A stretch of DNA of 64,000 nucleotides from NCBI RefSeq assembly GCF_006345805.1, contig NC_042998.1, positions 38,936,001 through 39,000,000 of the forward strand, read 5' to 3'. Position 1 is the first letter of the stretch, and every line of letters begins with the position of its first letter. The DNA is from Octopus sinensis (Eukaryota). Both the position numbers and the translations under genes were made by a program. Positions 51,040 through 63,384 of this stretch are shown piece after piece. A model generated the notes under the pieces. That model did no database searches. It was not told the origin of the DNA and worked only from the letters and a program-made list of their open reading frames with translations.

Positions 51040-53810
51040 ATTAGTGGAAACTATGTAAAAACAAGATGGCTTCCTCTGTCAAGGGGAGTGGCAGTGGCTG
51101 TTCTGACGGCCAGTACAGTGAGGATTTCCCACCCACCCCACTCTGACAAGCACCAGTCACAACAGCATACACACGAATAAACAAGAAAACATTTCCAACG
51201 CCACCACCGTCATGAACGACAAAGAAAATGAGGCAAACTTGAATAACTACCAATAACAGCCTAAACATGAGTAAACAGGGAAATATTTCTAACGCCGCCA
51301 CCGCCGCCATGAGCAATGAAGAAAACTCGAACAACATTAAAAGCAAAACGAACGGACGCGGTTTCGCTTCAGCGGCGAAACAAACAAGAGAATAAAAATA
51401 AATATTTCTCTAGCAGAAATAAAAGAATCAAAGGAATTAATAACGAAAGATGGAAAGAATATCCATCTAAACACAACGAAGGAAATTATAAGAAAACGAA
51501 CAGAAAAACGGTCACGTACAAATGCCAAAACACCAAAAGTGGAACAAGCCACTAAACTAGAAATATTACTTAGACCAATTTGGAAAGACAAGACCCATGT
51601 AACACGTGGATAACGATTCAGCACTGTGGAAGTGCGTTTTACAACAGAGGAGGACGCAAAACAGTATTCCTGTACCTAGGTCGGCGCATGACAGAAATTA
51701 AAATTGGGAGGTGCCCCCTGAAATAAATATACAGAGATCGGATTAGCGAATTGGTTGAGCGGGCGTTGACGGGTGCAATCGTCAACAACTGGTGGTTTGC
51801 TCTTAAAAGGGCAATTAGAGTAGAATCAATTAGGTTTAGCAAGGCATTGGCGATAGAACGAAATAGAGATTTAGTTAGGCGCTTAGGACAGGCATCGCAA
51901 CCGACGTGCTGGCAGCGAGGTTGGCCCTCGACCAATTTTCCGACGCCAAAAATGAAGGCTGCGTTGTCGTCAGGGCTAAGGCACGTTCACTAATCGGGGA
52001 GGGAACGAAAGCGTCACGATGGACCCGCGTGGCGGAAGCGATAAGTGACAATAAAGCCACCATTCGGTCTTTGGTGGACCAGAGCGAATGCGACGTGTCC
52101 GAACCGAAACAGATGTGTGCGGCTTTTCAGTGGCACTTTGCTCAACTGTTCGGGACGAATGGTAGGACGGAAAACAGGTAAGATTTCAGTGTCTTCCTTG
52201 ACGGACTGCCATGACTCTCGACGAGCGAAGCGAAATGCTGTGAAAAGCCGAAAGCAGGCGCGGAGATAGAGGAAGCGATGAAGAAATGCACGAGAGGTAA
52301 ATCGCTAGGTTTGGGTGGTCTGCACCTCGAGCTTTATACTTCGATGCCATATTGTTTGTGGTCCTCTTGGTAGACGTCTACTGCAACAGGCAGCAGAATG
52401 GGAGAATTACCACTTGTGTCTGTCGAGGGGCTATTCACGATAACCTCCATCTTATGTGTTACATCATAGAGAGGGTGGGTAACGAAGCTGGCATAGATGA
52501 GGCTCTGATCAATTTAGCTCACTCTAAAGCCTTTGATAGAGTCGGCCATCAATAAATACTTGGCTGCTAGCCTCAAGGCAGCTGGTTTCGGTCCAGTTTT
52601 CCTTGGACCGCTACTTTGTACAGCGGCATCTGCTCGGTTGTTCGAGTGAATGATCATCTGTCGGAGCCATTCAGCATCTTGCGTTCGGTCCATCAAGAGT
52701 GCCCTCTCTCCTCCCTTCTGTATGTACTGACTCTTGAGCCACTACTGAGGATGTTGGAGGCTTTGAGGGGTGTCCCGCGTGATCTAGGATGTGGGAAGGA
52801 GTGTGACTGCATACGCCGATGATGCCAGTCATAGTGTCAAACCACAGACATATAGACCTGATTGACGAAACACTACAAGAATATGAAGTGGTGACAGGAG
52901 CAAAAATGAACACGGTAAAGCCAATGGGCTTGCAACTCGGAATCTGGAAAAGCAAGTCCATACCGTCCAACAGCATTATAGGGCGCTGGACAGACGGTCC
53001 CGTTAAGTTACTCGGAGTCTGGCTTCGTCCGGGTCTCCAGGTGAAGAAAAACTGGGACGAGGTGACGTGCAGAGTAGCGAATCTCACCCAGAAATGGACC
53101 AAGAGGAAGCTCTCCTTGAAAGGTCAAGCGGAGGTGGCGAATGCGTACATCGCATCCGTCATCTATTACCGCTTGACTGTAGTCCTTTGTCCCGTTTACT
53201 AGTCAACCAAGCTGGTAAGCTTACTCTTCCGCTTTCTGTGGGAGGGGCACATTCTACTGGTCAGGCGCTCCATCTGCTGTTAACGGCCATTGAATGGAGG
53301 GCTGAGCATGCCGTGGTTGCTGATGCGCAGACATGCCCTGAGGTTGCAATCTCCAGTGTTCCCTTGGTGGCGAGCGGGCGTGGTTACCGTTTGTCAGGCA
53401 CACTTTCCCACAAGTTGTCTCTTTGACTGAGCTGCAATTCTGGATTAGGCGTAGACCGAGGAGGGTCGCTTGGCACCTCGAGTGCCGTCAAGCGCTCACA
53501 GTCGATGGTAGTTCCACTCGAACGTTCTATAGAGGACTAGGTCAAGGAAAGTGCGACGTTCTCGGGGAAACTCTGGGAGTCAATGAAGATCAACTAATCG
53601 GTCTATTGCGGAGAACTTTCGGGCCTAAGCCTATGGATAACTTCCAGAAATCCCTTGCCTGACAGTGCTTCCGAGGGGCGCTGCCTGTTCGGGATAAACT
53701 TTACAGGCACGGAAGTGCCATCAGCCGGGCCTGCCCGAGGTGCGCTCAGAGCGACGAACCGTTCTGCACGCACTCGTCCAGTACCCGAGCATTGCTGACT
53801 CTAACAGTAG
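51040..53810 (+). mobile_element. L1-superfamily (Tx1-like) non-LTR retrotransposon, internally deleted pseudo-element
   Basis: ORF1-like K/N-rich start, then ORF2 pieces: WWFALKRAIR, KAFDRVGH, SVHQECPLSSLLYVLTLEP, AYADD, WTKRKLSLKG, CPRC...E(T)VLHAL (CCHC-like). The APE domain and early RT region appear to be missing. Confidence 0.85.
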
Positions 53811-53957
53811 CAAATCAGCTGCGACATAAGCCACGTCTTTCTATTTGAACCTTTTGAAAATCAGTGTAAACTGTGAAACCGTTTAAAGCTTCAAATATTT
53901 TGATTTAAAATATTTTGACTATTCTCAGTGCATTTTCAACTTCTGTCTTTCCTATAT

Positions 53958-54001
<44 letters not shown>

Positions 54002-54016
54002 CATACATACACACAA

Positions 54017-54175
54017 CGACCATTTTTCACTTTCCGTCAAACAAGTCCACTCACAAGGCTTTGGTCTGCCCGAGACAGTAGAAGACACTTAGAGAACCAC
54101 ACAATGGGTTGACTGAACCTGGAACCATGTGGTTAGAAAACAAACCTCTTACCACCCAGCCACGCTTGCGCCTAT
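54017..54175 (-). mobile_element. SINE family A, 5' half
   Basis: TCCACTCACAAGGCTTTGGTC ... GGAACCATGTGGTT ... TTACCACCCAGCCAC. Confidence 0.8.
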
Positions 54176-55902
54176 ATTTAAAGAGTTTCTTCGGTGAAAA
54201 TCTTTACTGGTAAAATACCTGCATAATTTTGCTCTTACATACTCACCGGTTGGTAGGTATTTGAAATCATTATACAACACAGCGAATACTTCTTCAAAAT
54301 GACCAAAAGATAGCTTAACCTTTTTACTAAAACTACACGTTAGATGTCAATGTTTAAAATTCAACATGGCTGCTTGACTTTCTATAACAAACATCAAACC
54401 TTTCTCGAAATATGTGGGATCCCTTTGGTCATAAATATAGATCTATTTTGTAACAGAGTTAAGATGAGACTGAACAAGAAGTAGTGTAAAGAATAGAACT
54501 ATTTACCTTTATTTGAGGTATAAATCTGTTGAAATGTTTTTGTTTTTTTTTTAAATACGTATAATACTGATATCTACGATTGATGAAATTATGCAATATT
54601 TCTAAAAAGACATAATTTTTAATAACTATTGAGCCTTAAGGCTTAATTGTATCTATCATTTTCTACCTGAATTTAGGAATTATAATACGATCGATATATA
54701 TTAGGTTTTTAGCTTCCAAGTGAAGCCGAACTTAATTACTGCGGCGAAACTAATAAACTCTTTGAGTATAAAGCAAAATTTAACTATAATTGTAAATGAA
54801 TACGAGTTGCTGTGATATTACATAGCATTTTAATATATAGTTCATTGGATATCAATCAAATGCCGTGTAATCTACATTTTGTCTGCGGGCAAAGCAAATT
54901 CGCAAACGAACTACATTTTTTTTTATCCATTTCTTTTATGTTTTTTCCCTCATAACTTGTTAGTAAGTTTCGGTTGATAAATTTTGTAATATCTCTCCGA
55001 TGGACCGCTCATATTCAATTTTCGTAGTTTGTGATAAATAAAAATCAAATAACTAGACAGTAATTTTTTCACCTTTTTTTTTCTTTTTACACAGGAAAAT
55101 TTTTCATCATACTATTATTGATTAACAAAGTATATTTTGCGCGCACGGTATGAGGCCATAATCCTCCATTGAATTGTATACTCACCAGGTTCGATTCTCG
55201 CAGGGGAGCTAAAAGAATTTCACAGCGAGTTTCCAAACGTGAATTTCCACTATTTCACGCCTAGATACCTAAATGAACTTCCTCCCAAAGAATTTAATTA
55301 AACATTACAATTAATTTTGCCTGTGAAAGGAATTCGTATATTTAATAAACTAAAGATATTTCAAAAGCCAACATGCAATTTAGTTGTTCTACTACTTTTA
55401 GATTTTCCCAAGAATCGAACCCAGATCTACAAGAAGCAATATCTTCCATTAATTACTTTTATGCCTGTATTAATCCTTAAAGTTTAAAACAGTAGCCACA
55501 AGAAATAAACTTGAAAAAGTGACGTATTTGGAAATTCTGTCATCTGACCATCCATAACTGACCGAGTGAAAATTACTTGTCGAATCGTAACAGCCGTTTC
55601 CCTTCTGTTTCGATTAATTCCTCTTTGACTTCTATAATGAATGTTAGTTTATTAGGTCAGTGTGCAATGTCTTCAGACTTCTGCTCCTTTCGCTCGACTC
55701 CTACTTTCGTACTCTTAAACTTAACTTCACTAACTTTGACAAAAGTTTCTTGTCTTTGTTTTATTCGCTTTGGCAGAGTAATTACATCAAGACAAGCTAT
55801 TCTAGCATCAATTCTTTCTTCTCTTTTCTTTTCTTTTCCTGTTTCTCTTTATGTATGATTCACCGTCTCTTTTATCCTCTATATTTACCCTTTCTATATT
55901 AT

Positions 55903-56125
55903 GTTTCTTTATTACCCACATGGGGCTAAACATGGAGGGGACAAACAAGGACAGACGTAGGTATTAAGTCGATTACATCGACCCAAGTGCGTAACTGGTA
56001 CTTAATTTATCGACCTCGAAAGGATGAAAGGCAAAGTCGACCTCGGCGGAATTTGAACTCAGAACGTAGCGGCAGACGAAATACCTATTTCTTTATTACC
56101 CACAAGGGGCTAAACACAGAGAGAG
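55903..56125 (-). mobile_element. SINE family B, tail-body-tail (tandem/permuted) arrangement
   Basis: TTTCTTTATTACCCACA(T/A)GGGGCTAAACA occurs at both ~55904 and ~56089, flanking one body that lacks the normal head. Confidence 0.85.
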
Positions 56126-56649
56126 GGAATTCGTTGCCATCCTACTTATTTTTTCTCTTTGTATCTTCTATAGATCTCTAAGCACTCCCGCTATCAGTTT
56201 CTCATCAACATTTCTTGGCCACTCATTTATTCTCTTTTACTATCATAAAAACATGTATTCACCAATTTTCCTCGTTTTTGAGAACTCCATACTTTTAAAC
56301 ACTCTCTCGCCATTGTTGTCTATCAAATCCGTCGTCGGTTAAGAAATTGCACATTTCTTTGTTTTATTTCGTAAGCTATGGCGAAACAGACGCATCTGTT
56401 ATGAACCACTTTTATTTTAATGTAATGCAACATGCAAATTGTATGTGTGTCATTATTAAGCATTATTCGAAGATTTCTTGCCAATAGACGAAGAGCCGAT
56501 TTCTAAGCTAGGTCCAAGGTTCCTACATTGGAATTTCAACAACATCAACAGTGTATTTTTGCATGTTATGTGTGTATATGTGCAGATTTGTAGATTTTGC
56601 TTCATGTATGTATTCTTATACATATAGTTGCACGTATAGTCATGTTCAT

Positions 56650-56770
56650 ATATACTTATAAACTTTCGCAAAGTTTTACAGATTTTTACAGTTCCAGTGA
56701 TGGCTTGGATCTGTAGACTTCGAATCAGCTTTCTTCTTTCTGGTTTTGGGAAGCTTAATTTCTCGTCTGA
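56650..56770 (-). mobile_element. Possible C-terminus of an RLE-type LINE
   Basis: RRKLIRSLQIQAITGTVKICKTLRKF within ORF 56456..56872; resembles C-termini recalled from R2-superfamily elements. Confidence 0.35.
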
Positions 56771-57089
56771 ATGTATGTACATACGTATATATGTATGTTT
56801 ATACGTATCTCTGATACATATATACGTATATATGTATGTATATCTGAGCGCATATATAATTTCACAGAGCATTATAATATGTTATTTCATTATTTAAACT
56901 ATTTATAGATACGGTATATACAGGCAAAGTAAATTTATATATTTGAATTTTAGAACACAGTCTCTGGTAGAAGAAAACCAATGCATTGTAGTAGAAACTG
57001 GTATTTCATCCAACAGAACAGGGTTCTTCACTTAGCAAGCAATAAAAAGAAAAGTAAAAACATGACAAAGCTTTATTTTACCATCATTT

Positions 57090-58190
57090 AGAAGACTAAT
57101 AAAATCCTCATCTCCAGAAGATAATTCTCGAAAATATTTCCTTATAGCTTCATTTAAATAATGTGGTATTATTAACCCCACATTTTTAAAAAATGTCACA
57201 ACTACCTCTTGTTTTACAGAACTTTTTGCTCACTTACATATGTAAATAGTTTGGCCTCTTCCTTCTTCCGGTTGATATCACTTCAAAATCTGGAGACTGC
57301 ATTCACTTGTTCCACTTCTTGCGAATGAATTCCTTCAAATAGATTATTGACTGAAGCATCTATATGCTCTAAAATGACTCCCCAGTTTTCCTCTTAACAA
57401 CCTCAGTTTATTTAACAGCCCAAAAGGACGCCTATCAAGCCATAATTTCATTCTTGCCTCCTTCGTTACACCTTTTGGGATGACATGAACATCAACGGCA
57501 TTGATTATTCTTCCCTCGGGCAATGTGCTTCTTTTGATAATTAAAACGAGTTGACAGCTTGGTGCCATCAGCGGCAACAAGCTAATACAAGCGAGTAGTA
57601 TGATTTCTCATGGTTATATATCTTAACAGTCATAGATTTCGTACTTTTGCATTTTACCGTCTTGGTTGATGGTACCTCAAATATCAAGGAGACTTCGTCC
57701 ATATTTGCTATCTGTGCAAAATCAAAATTAACCTCTTTCTTGTATTTAATTAAATGCTTGTGAAACTTAACGATTTTATCTTTGTCTCCAGGAAGTGAAG
57801 GCATGTTTGTGCTAATCTTGTTCTCGACCTCATAAACGATTATTTCACCCCGATCATCTTGAACATCAAGCTGCTTGCACTCTAAAATTATATTTCCGTC
57901 CATTGTTACCAGTTTTGAATGGTACATAACCATTTTAGTGGAGAATAAAAACCCTGAGCTTCTTTGGCCCAACAACCATGTTTACAGTTGTTCTTCTAGT
58001 GCAGACTACTACACAATTCGTCTGTGGAGACACGGTTTACCACGTCTAGCAGCTTTCATTTATTCTTCTTTATTCCACGTGCTTATTTTCTCTGTTGGTG
58101 GTGAACCTAAGCTCTGTGGTGCTGCGCAATTTCTTCGCATATGCTATGACATCTAGCTTAAATTTAATATCATTGGCTTTTTTTTCTACC
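57090..58190 (-). mobile_element. pogo/Tigger-type transposase relic (POGK-like), second family
   Basis: DIKFKLDVIAYAKK; ISTNMPSLPGD..DKIVKFHK...IANMDEV...HEKS..SLVLAC; LVLIIKRSTLP...KLWLDRRPFGLL; TGRRKRP...FFKKCG. Confidence 0.85.
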
Positions 58191-59103
58191 ATTGGTTTGA
58201 AGTATGTTGGAAACTTATCATAAATTATTTTTTTTTTTTTGTTTGAAGTACCGTACCTCAGTTTAAACTTTATTCAGATCAGCATTATAATCGTTTATAT
58301 TTTGATGAATTACCATACAGAATGTGAAACACGGATTTCTGGCAGTGGTACTTTTTGTTATCGCGATCAGCTGCCAAAGTAATACACCATCGTTATGATT
58401 TATTAGTCATCCACTCACTGCAACTACTTGACATGAAAGTTTGTTAACATTTCATTTATCTTTCTACGTATATTTTTCACTTACATAATAACAAAAATGT
58501 ACCTTAAAGGTAATACAGTTATTAAATAATGTAAGATATATTAAGTTTACGTTATGTATGGTGGGGAACCTGACACGGAGATACGATGTGACCTCCTCAT
58601 ACAACTGCCTATCTATCGTAGAAATGTTTCGTAAATTTGTGCTCACAGACTGTGATAATTTCGCTGGTTTCCAATATATTTTTGCTCCTAACAATTATTA
58701 TACCTTGCGGACTTATGCTCCGTCGGCTCTCTAGATAACAACGTTTGGTTTCTCATCCATAATACGACCATATTAGACGCAGGGCAATGTTTTGATGCAT
58801 TTGAAAACAAAGAAGCGTGTCCTGTAAGCCGCTTAAATACAGCTCATAAAAAAATCACATACAAACGCAACCATATATTTATTTACATGTATACATGCCA
58901 ATACATTTACATGAAGAAATAAATATACACACACACACACATATGTACACATTCAAACAGACACACACTAACGGGCATATATATATATATATATATATAT
59001 AACATGCACTCATACAAATACGTATAGAAAAATACACACGTGTATGAGCATTTGGGTTGTGTGTGTGACTGTGAGTGTGTATGTGTGTATACATACATAC
59101 ATT

Positions 59104-59455
59104 AGGCGCCGGTGTGGCTGAAAGACGTTTGCTTCCTAACCACATGGTCTCATTGAATGGCTCATTGAATGGCCAAGTGTCTTCTGCTATAGCATCAGGC
59201 CGACCAAAGCTTTGTTAGTGGATTTGGTAGACGGAAACTGAAAGAAGCCTGTTTCGTGTGTGAGTGAGTGTGTTGTCCACCATCGCTTGACAACCGGCGT
59301 CGGTGTGTTTGCGTCCAGGTAACTTAGCGGTTCGACAAGACGATAGAATGAGGACCAGATTTATTTGAAATAAAAAGTACTGAGGTCAATTTGTTCGACT
59401 AAAATTCTTCAAAGAATTTCCCCACCATGGTCCAATGACTGAATCAAATAAAACA
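59104..59455 (+). mobile_element. SINE family A
   Basis: Head GGTGTGGCTG...AACCACATGG, CCGACCAAAGCTTTGTTAGTGGATTTGGTAGACGG, tail CCATGGTCCAATGACTGAA. Confidence 0.85.
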
Positions 59456-59479
59456 GATATATAGATACATATATATAAA

Positions 59480-59740
59480 TACATACTCTCCCCCACCATA
59501 CACACACCTCAGCACTGCTTCTGTCCGACCCCACCACCCAGGCCGACCGATTCACCGAACATCTAAGATCGCCCGTCATTTCCACTTGGCCAACCACTCC
59601 TCCTCTAATATCTCCGTCTTTGGCCTCGCCTTCCACCACGGATCCACACACCCGGGACTCCACCTGCGACAGCGTTACATTTTTTTAGTCTACAAACACA
59701 AATTCCTTTCGGGCTCAACACAAGCCCCTCCTCTTAACGA
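59480..59740 (+). mobile_element. Penelope-like GIY-YIG C-terminal fragment
   Basis: DRFTEHLRS / RHFHLANHSSSNISVFGL...FFSLQTQIPFGLN matches the recalled R..EH...VA.HF...HS..D..V.GL...L....P.GLN pattern. Confidence 0.65.
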
Positions 59741-60079
59741 CTGACTCTACAAGCTCCTTTAAAAAAGCAACTTTTTATTTCATTTTATTTTAGTTCATCT
59801 TATTTTATCCTCTCTTAGACCCACCTACATTTTTACGCTGTTACCCTTTGCTCGATTTTTTATCCTTCTCCTTCCGTCGGCCTGTTTAACTTTAAAACTG
59901 CATTTTTTTGTATAATTGTATTATTTTCTTTTTTATCCCTTCAATTTTTATTTTTATTTTTTTTATTTTTATCTTGCATCTGTTAATTTTTTGTAATTGT
60001 TTTGTAATTTTTTTCACATCTTGTACTCTTTCCCCTTTCCTCCTCTTTATTCATCGATCTTATTTTATTATATTTTATT

Positions 60080-61010
60080 TCTGTATGCACGCACACGTAC
60101 ATATACACATGTACCTATACACACACGCAAAAATACGCGCATCCGCGCACGCACCTGAACGCACATACATGCACATGCATACACACACATGCATGCACAT
60201 ATACACACGCATACAGTGCACAGACGCGCGCATACAGGAACGCACATATGCCTCCACATACCACAACCCACGCACGCGCACACACATCAATGCACATATA
60301 CCTCATATATACCTACGACACACAACGCACGTACATGCACGAACACACACACATACATACACACACACGCACACGCACAGGAATATACACATACCTAACA
60401 CACAATCCCATGCACACACACATACACACACCTACATACACACACACACGTATACACAACTACACGCACATACACACACGCGCGCGCATACACGCACAAA
60501 ACCGTGCATATACCTCCACACAACCCCACGTTCACACGCACATACAAACACACGCATACATACATATACACGCACACACAGGCACACATACCTCCCACAC
60601 ACAACACACACCTCATACATACACGCACACAATTACACATACATAGGCATATATACACACGCACGTATGCATACACACAAGAACGCACACGTACCTAACA
60701 CTCACAACCCGATGCAAATACACCTACATACACATACGTACAACTACACGTTCATGCACATATACACACGCACACACTTACACATACAATCACACGCATG
60801 CACACGCACACACGTGCACACGTACCTCACACACACACACAACTCATACATACCTGCAAACAATTACACACACATTGGCATGCACACGTACACAGACAGG
60901 AACGCACATATACTCCACACAACCCCACACATACATATACACACACAGACGCATGCACGCACTACTCACACATACATTCACACGCACACATGCATTCACC
61001 CGCACACATA
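60080..61010 (+). repeat. Long degenerate CA/TACA-rich compound satellite with higher-order recurrence
   Basis: Recurring CACAACCCCAC, GAACGCACA(C/T)(G/A)TAC and CTCATACATAC..CAATTACAC motifs; source of the H/T-rich 380-aa ORF 59908..61050. Confidence 0.9.
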
Positions 61011-61095
61011 CTTCAAACTGCCAGTCAAACACCTTTCTACGCACGTGTGAAGAGAAACACAACTGCACAAAGGACCACCACTCCTGTCACCATTC

Positions 61096-61320
61096 GAGCT
61101 GGCAGAAACGTTAACACGTCGGGCGAAATGCGTAGCCGTATTTCGTCTGTCATTACGTTCCGAGTTCAAATTCCGCCGAGGTCGACTTTGCCTTTCATCC
61201 TTTCGGGGTCGATAAATTAAGTACCAGTTACGCTCTGGGGTCGATATAAGCGACTTAATCCCTTTGTCTGTCCTTGTTTGTCCCCTCTGTGTTTAGCCCC
61301 TTGTGGGTAGTAAAGAAATA
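61096..61320 (+). mobile_element. SINE family B, full length
   Basis: Near-identical to 24435-24670. Confidence 0.92.
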
Positions 61321-61439
61321 CATTCTGCTGAATTCTTCCTACAACATTGAGACACAAAGTTTACTTACACACATAAACAGCCAAAACCACACACACACCA
61401 CATACACACACATACGTACACACATATGCTATTGCACAC

Positions 61440-61680
61440 ACACATACACACACATACCTTCTTCTCTTACACTCTCCTGTCTCAGAACTTTTTCTTCACC
61501 CATTCCCTTCCAGTCATTTCAAAATGTAACCACATGTGAATCGTTGGCGATTTTCTTCCTCCGTCTTCTTTTCTATTGGACTTACCTCTGTTTTCGAAGA
61601 AGAGCGTCTGCTCGAAACGTTGAACCATCTTTCTTTCCTTCCCTGAAGTGAAAATTTCTTCCACACAAGGGTCACATCTA
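61440..61680 (+). mobile_element. Penelope-like pLTR fragment with degenerate hammerhead motif
   Basis: GTTT-TCGAAGA-A-GAGC-GTCT-GCTC-GAAAC-GTT-GAAC at ~61591-61625. Confidence 0.55.
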
Positions 61681-62139
61681 TTATCACCTATTCTATACGG
61701 TTTGCCTTACTAATTATTCCCCAAGCAACCGAAAATATTTTGTTACTATCTTTTAGTGCCCTAATTAGCTTACTGAGACTAGTATTATTCATTTTATTCC
61801 TATTTCTAAACGAACTTAAATGACTGGTACTTCTCTGCTAACATGAGCTAACTCTTATATAGAAGTACTACCTATTTTCTGAGGTAACCTTACATCTGTA
61901 TACTATATGTTTATACCTACAATTAGAGTTAAGCGGACAGACCCTGTTCCTTTGAACAATCACATTTAATAGTTCTACTACTTCTGTTAATGGTATCCGC
62001 TTCACCTACTCCAGATGTGATTCCTATATTCCCCTCTCTATCTTCCAAGCTATTAGTCTTATGCACACAGACAACATTCTAAGTACTACACTTTTTAGGA
62101 TTCACATCTGCTTCCAGGCTAATATATACACACACTTTC

Positions 62140-62141
62140 AT

Positions 62142-62202
<61 letters not shown>

Positions 62203-62390
62203 ATGTATATATATAATGTATGTATGTATACATATAATGTATACATGTATATATATATATAATGTATGTATGTATATATTTATAATGTATGCATGTATAT
62301 ATATAATGTATATGTATAATGTATGTATATATATGTATAATGTATGTATACATTGTGTGCATACGTTCGTGTGTGTGTGTGTGTGTAATA
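62140..62390 (+). repeat. (CA)n(TA)n and AT-rich ATAATGTAT-type microsatellite complex
   Basis: Direct read. Confidence 0.9.
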
Positions 62391-63006
62391 TTTTATCCGT
62401 TTATGCATCTACACAAAAGGCTATTTTTTTTTATACTTCGGTTTATCTCTTTCAATGCTGTCGTTTTACTTTAAACCTCATCTCTTTATTATTCTCTCTG
62501 TTTTGCTATTTGCTTGTTCACTGATGAAAGCCAAGCCAATGTATTTCCGATCTACATCACTAATTGGCAATAATTCTGCAAATTCCAAATTTGACACATG
62601 GTGCAGTCGTGTTAACGTTCATTAACAGATAATTCATTGTTTAAGAAAGCCATAAAAATACGTTTATTGCAATATTACAAGAAACTTCTTCTCGTATAAC
62701 GGCTTTCACACAAAGCAATGAATTAAAACTAAGTTCTGGCTTTCAGCTCGAATAAATTCATTCGTTCCTTTTTTTTTTTTTTTTGTTTCTTTTTCTATAT
62801 TTTGAGTTTCTCGGCGTCCGATGCCTGTGATTTGTACTGAAGTACCATCGCATAAAAGCCTCCAAGAATGCCAGTGTCGTTAAAACTGATGAGATTCTTG
62901 CCATTCCGAATGTTTACTTTCCATCTAATCATCCTTTTGCCTGGTTTCCGTAATCTACAAGTCACTTTTTTTATGAAAGTATTTTCTTTTTTCAAAATAT
63001 CTCGCC

Positions 63007-63375
63007 ATAGGTGCTGGCGTGGCTGTGTGGTAAGAAGCTTACCTCCCAACCACAGGGTTTCGGTTTCACTCCCACTGGGTGGCACCTTGGAAAAGTGTCT
63101 TTGACTATAGCTTCGGGCAGACTTGAGTCTTATGAGTCGATTTGGTAGACGGAAGCCGAAGTCTGTCATATGTGTGTGTAGGTGTGTGTGTGTTTGCGTG
63201 CACGTGCGTGTGTCTTTGAGTTTATTTCCCACAACCGCTTGATAACTGGGTGTTGGTGTTTACGTTTCCGTAACTTAGCGGTTCGGTAAAAGAAGCCGAT
63301 AGAATAAGTATCAGGCTTAAAATAAAGTAAGTACAGAGGTTATGCCCCAGCATGGCCGCAGAAAAAGATAAAAGC
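63007..63375 (+). mobile_element. SINE family A
   Basis: GGCGTGGCTGTGTGGTAAG head, GGCACCTTGGAAAAGTGTC core, internal (TG)n, CCCCAGCATGGCCGCAG tail. Confidence 0.88.
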
Positions 63376-63384
63376 GTGATTGTA

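Noticed and set aside
59908-61050. 380-aa His/Thr-rich ORF
   Set aside because: It is a translation of a T-rich tract plus CA-rich satellite; there is no domain, and such repeats rarely contain stops.
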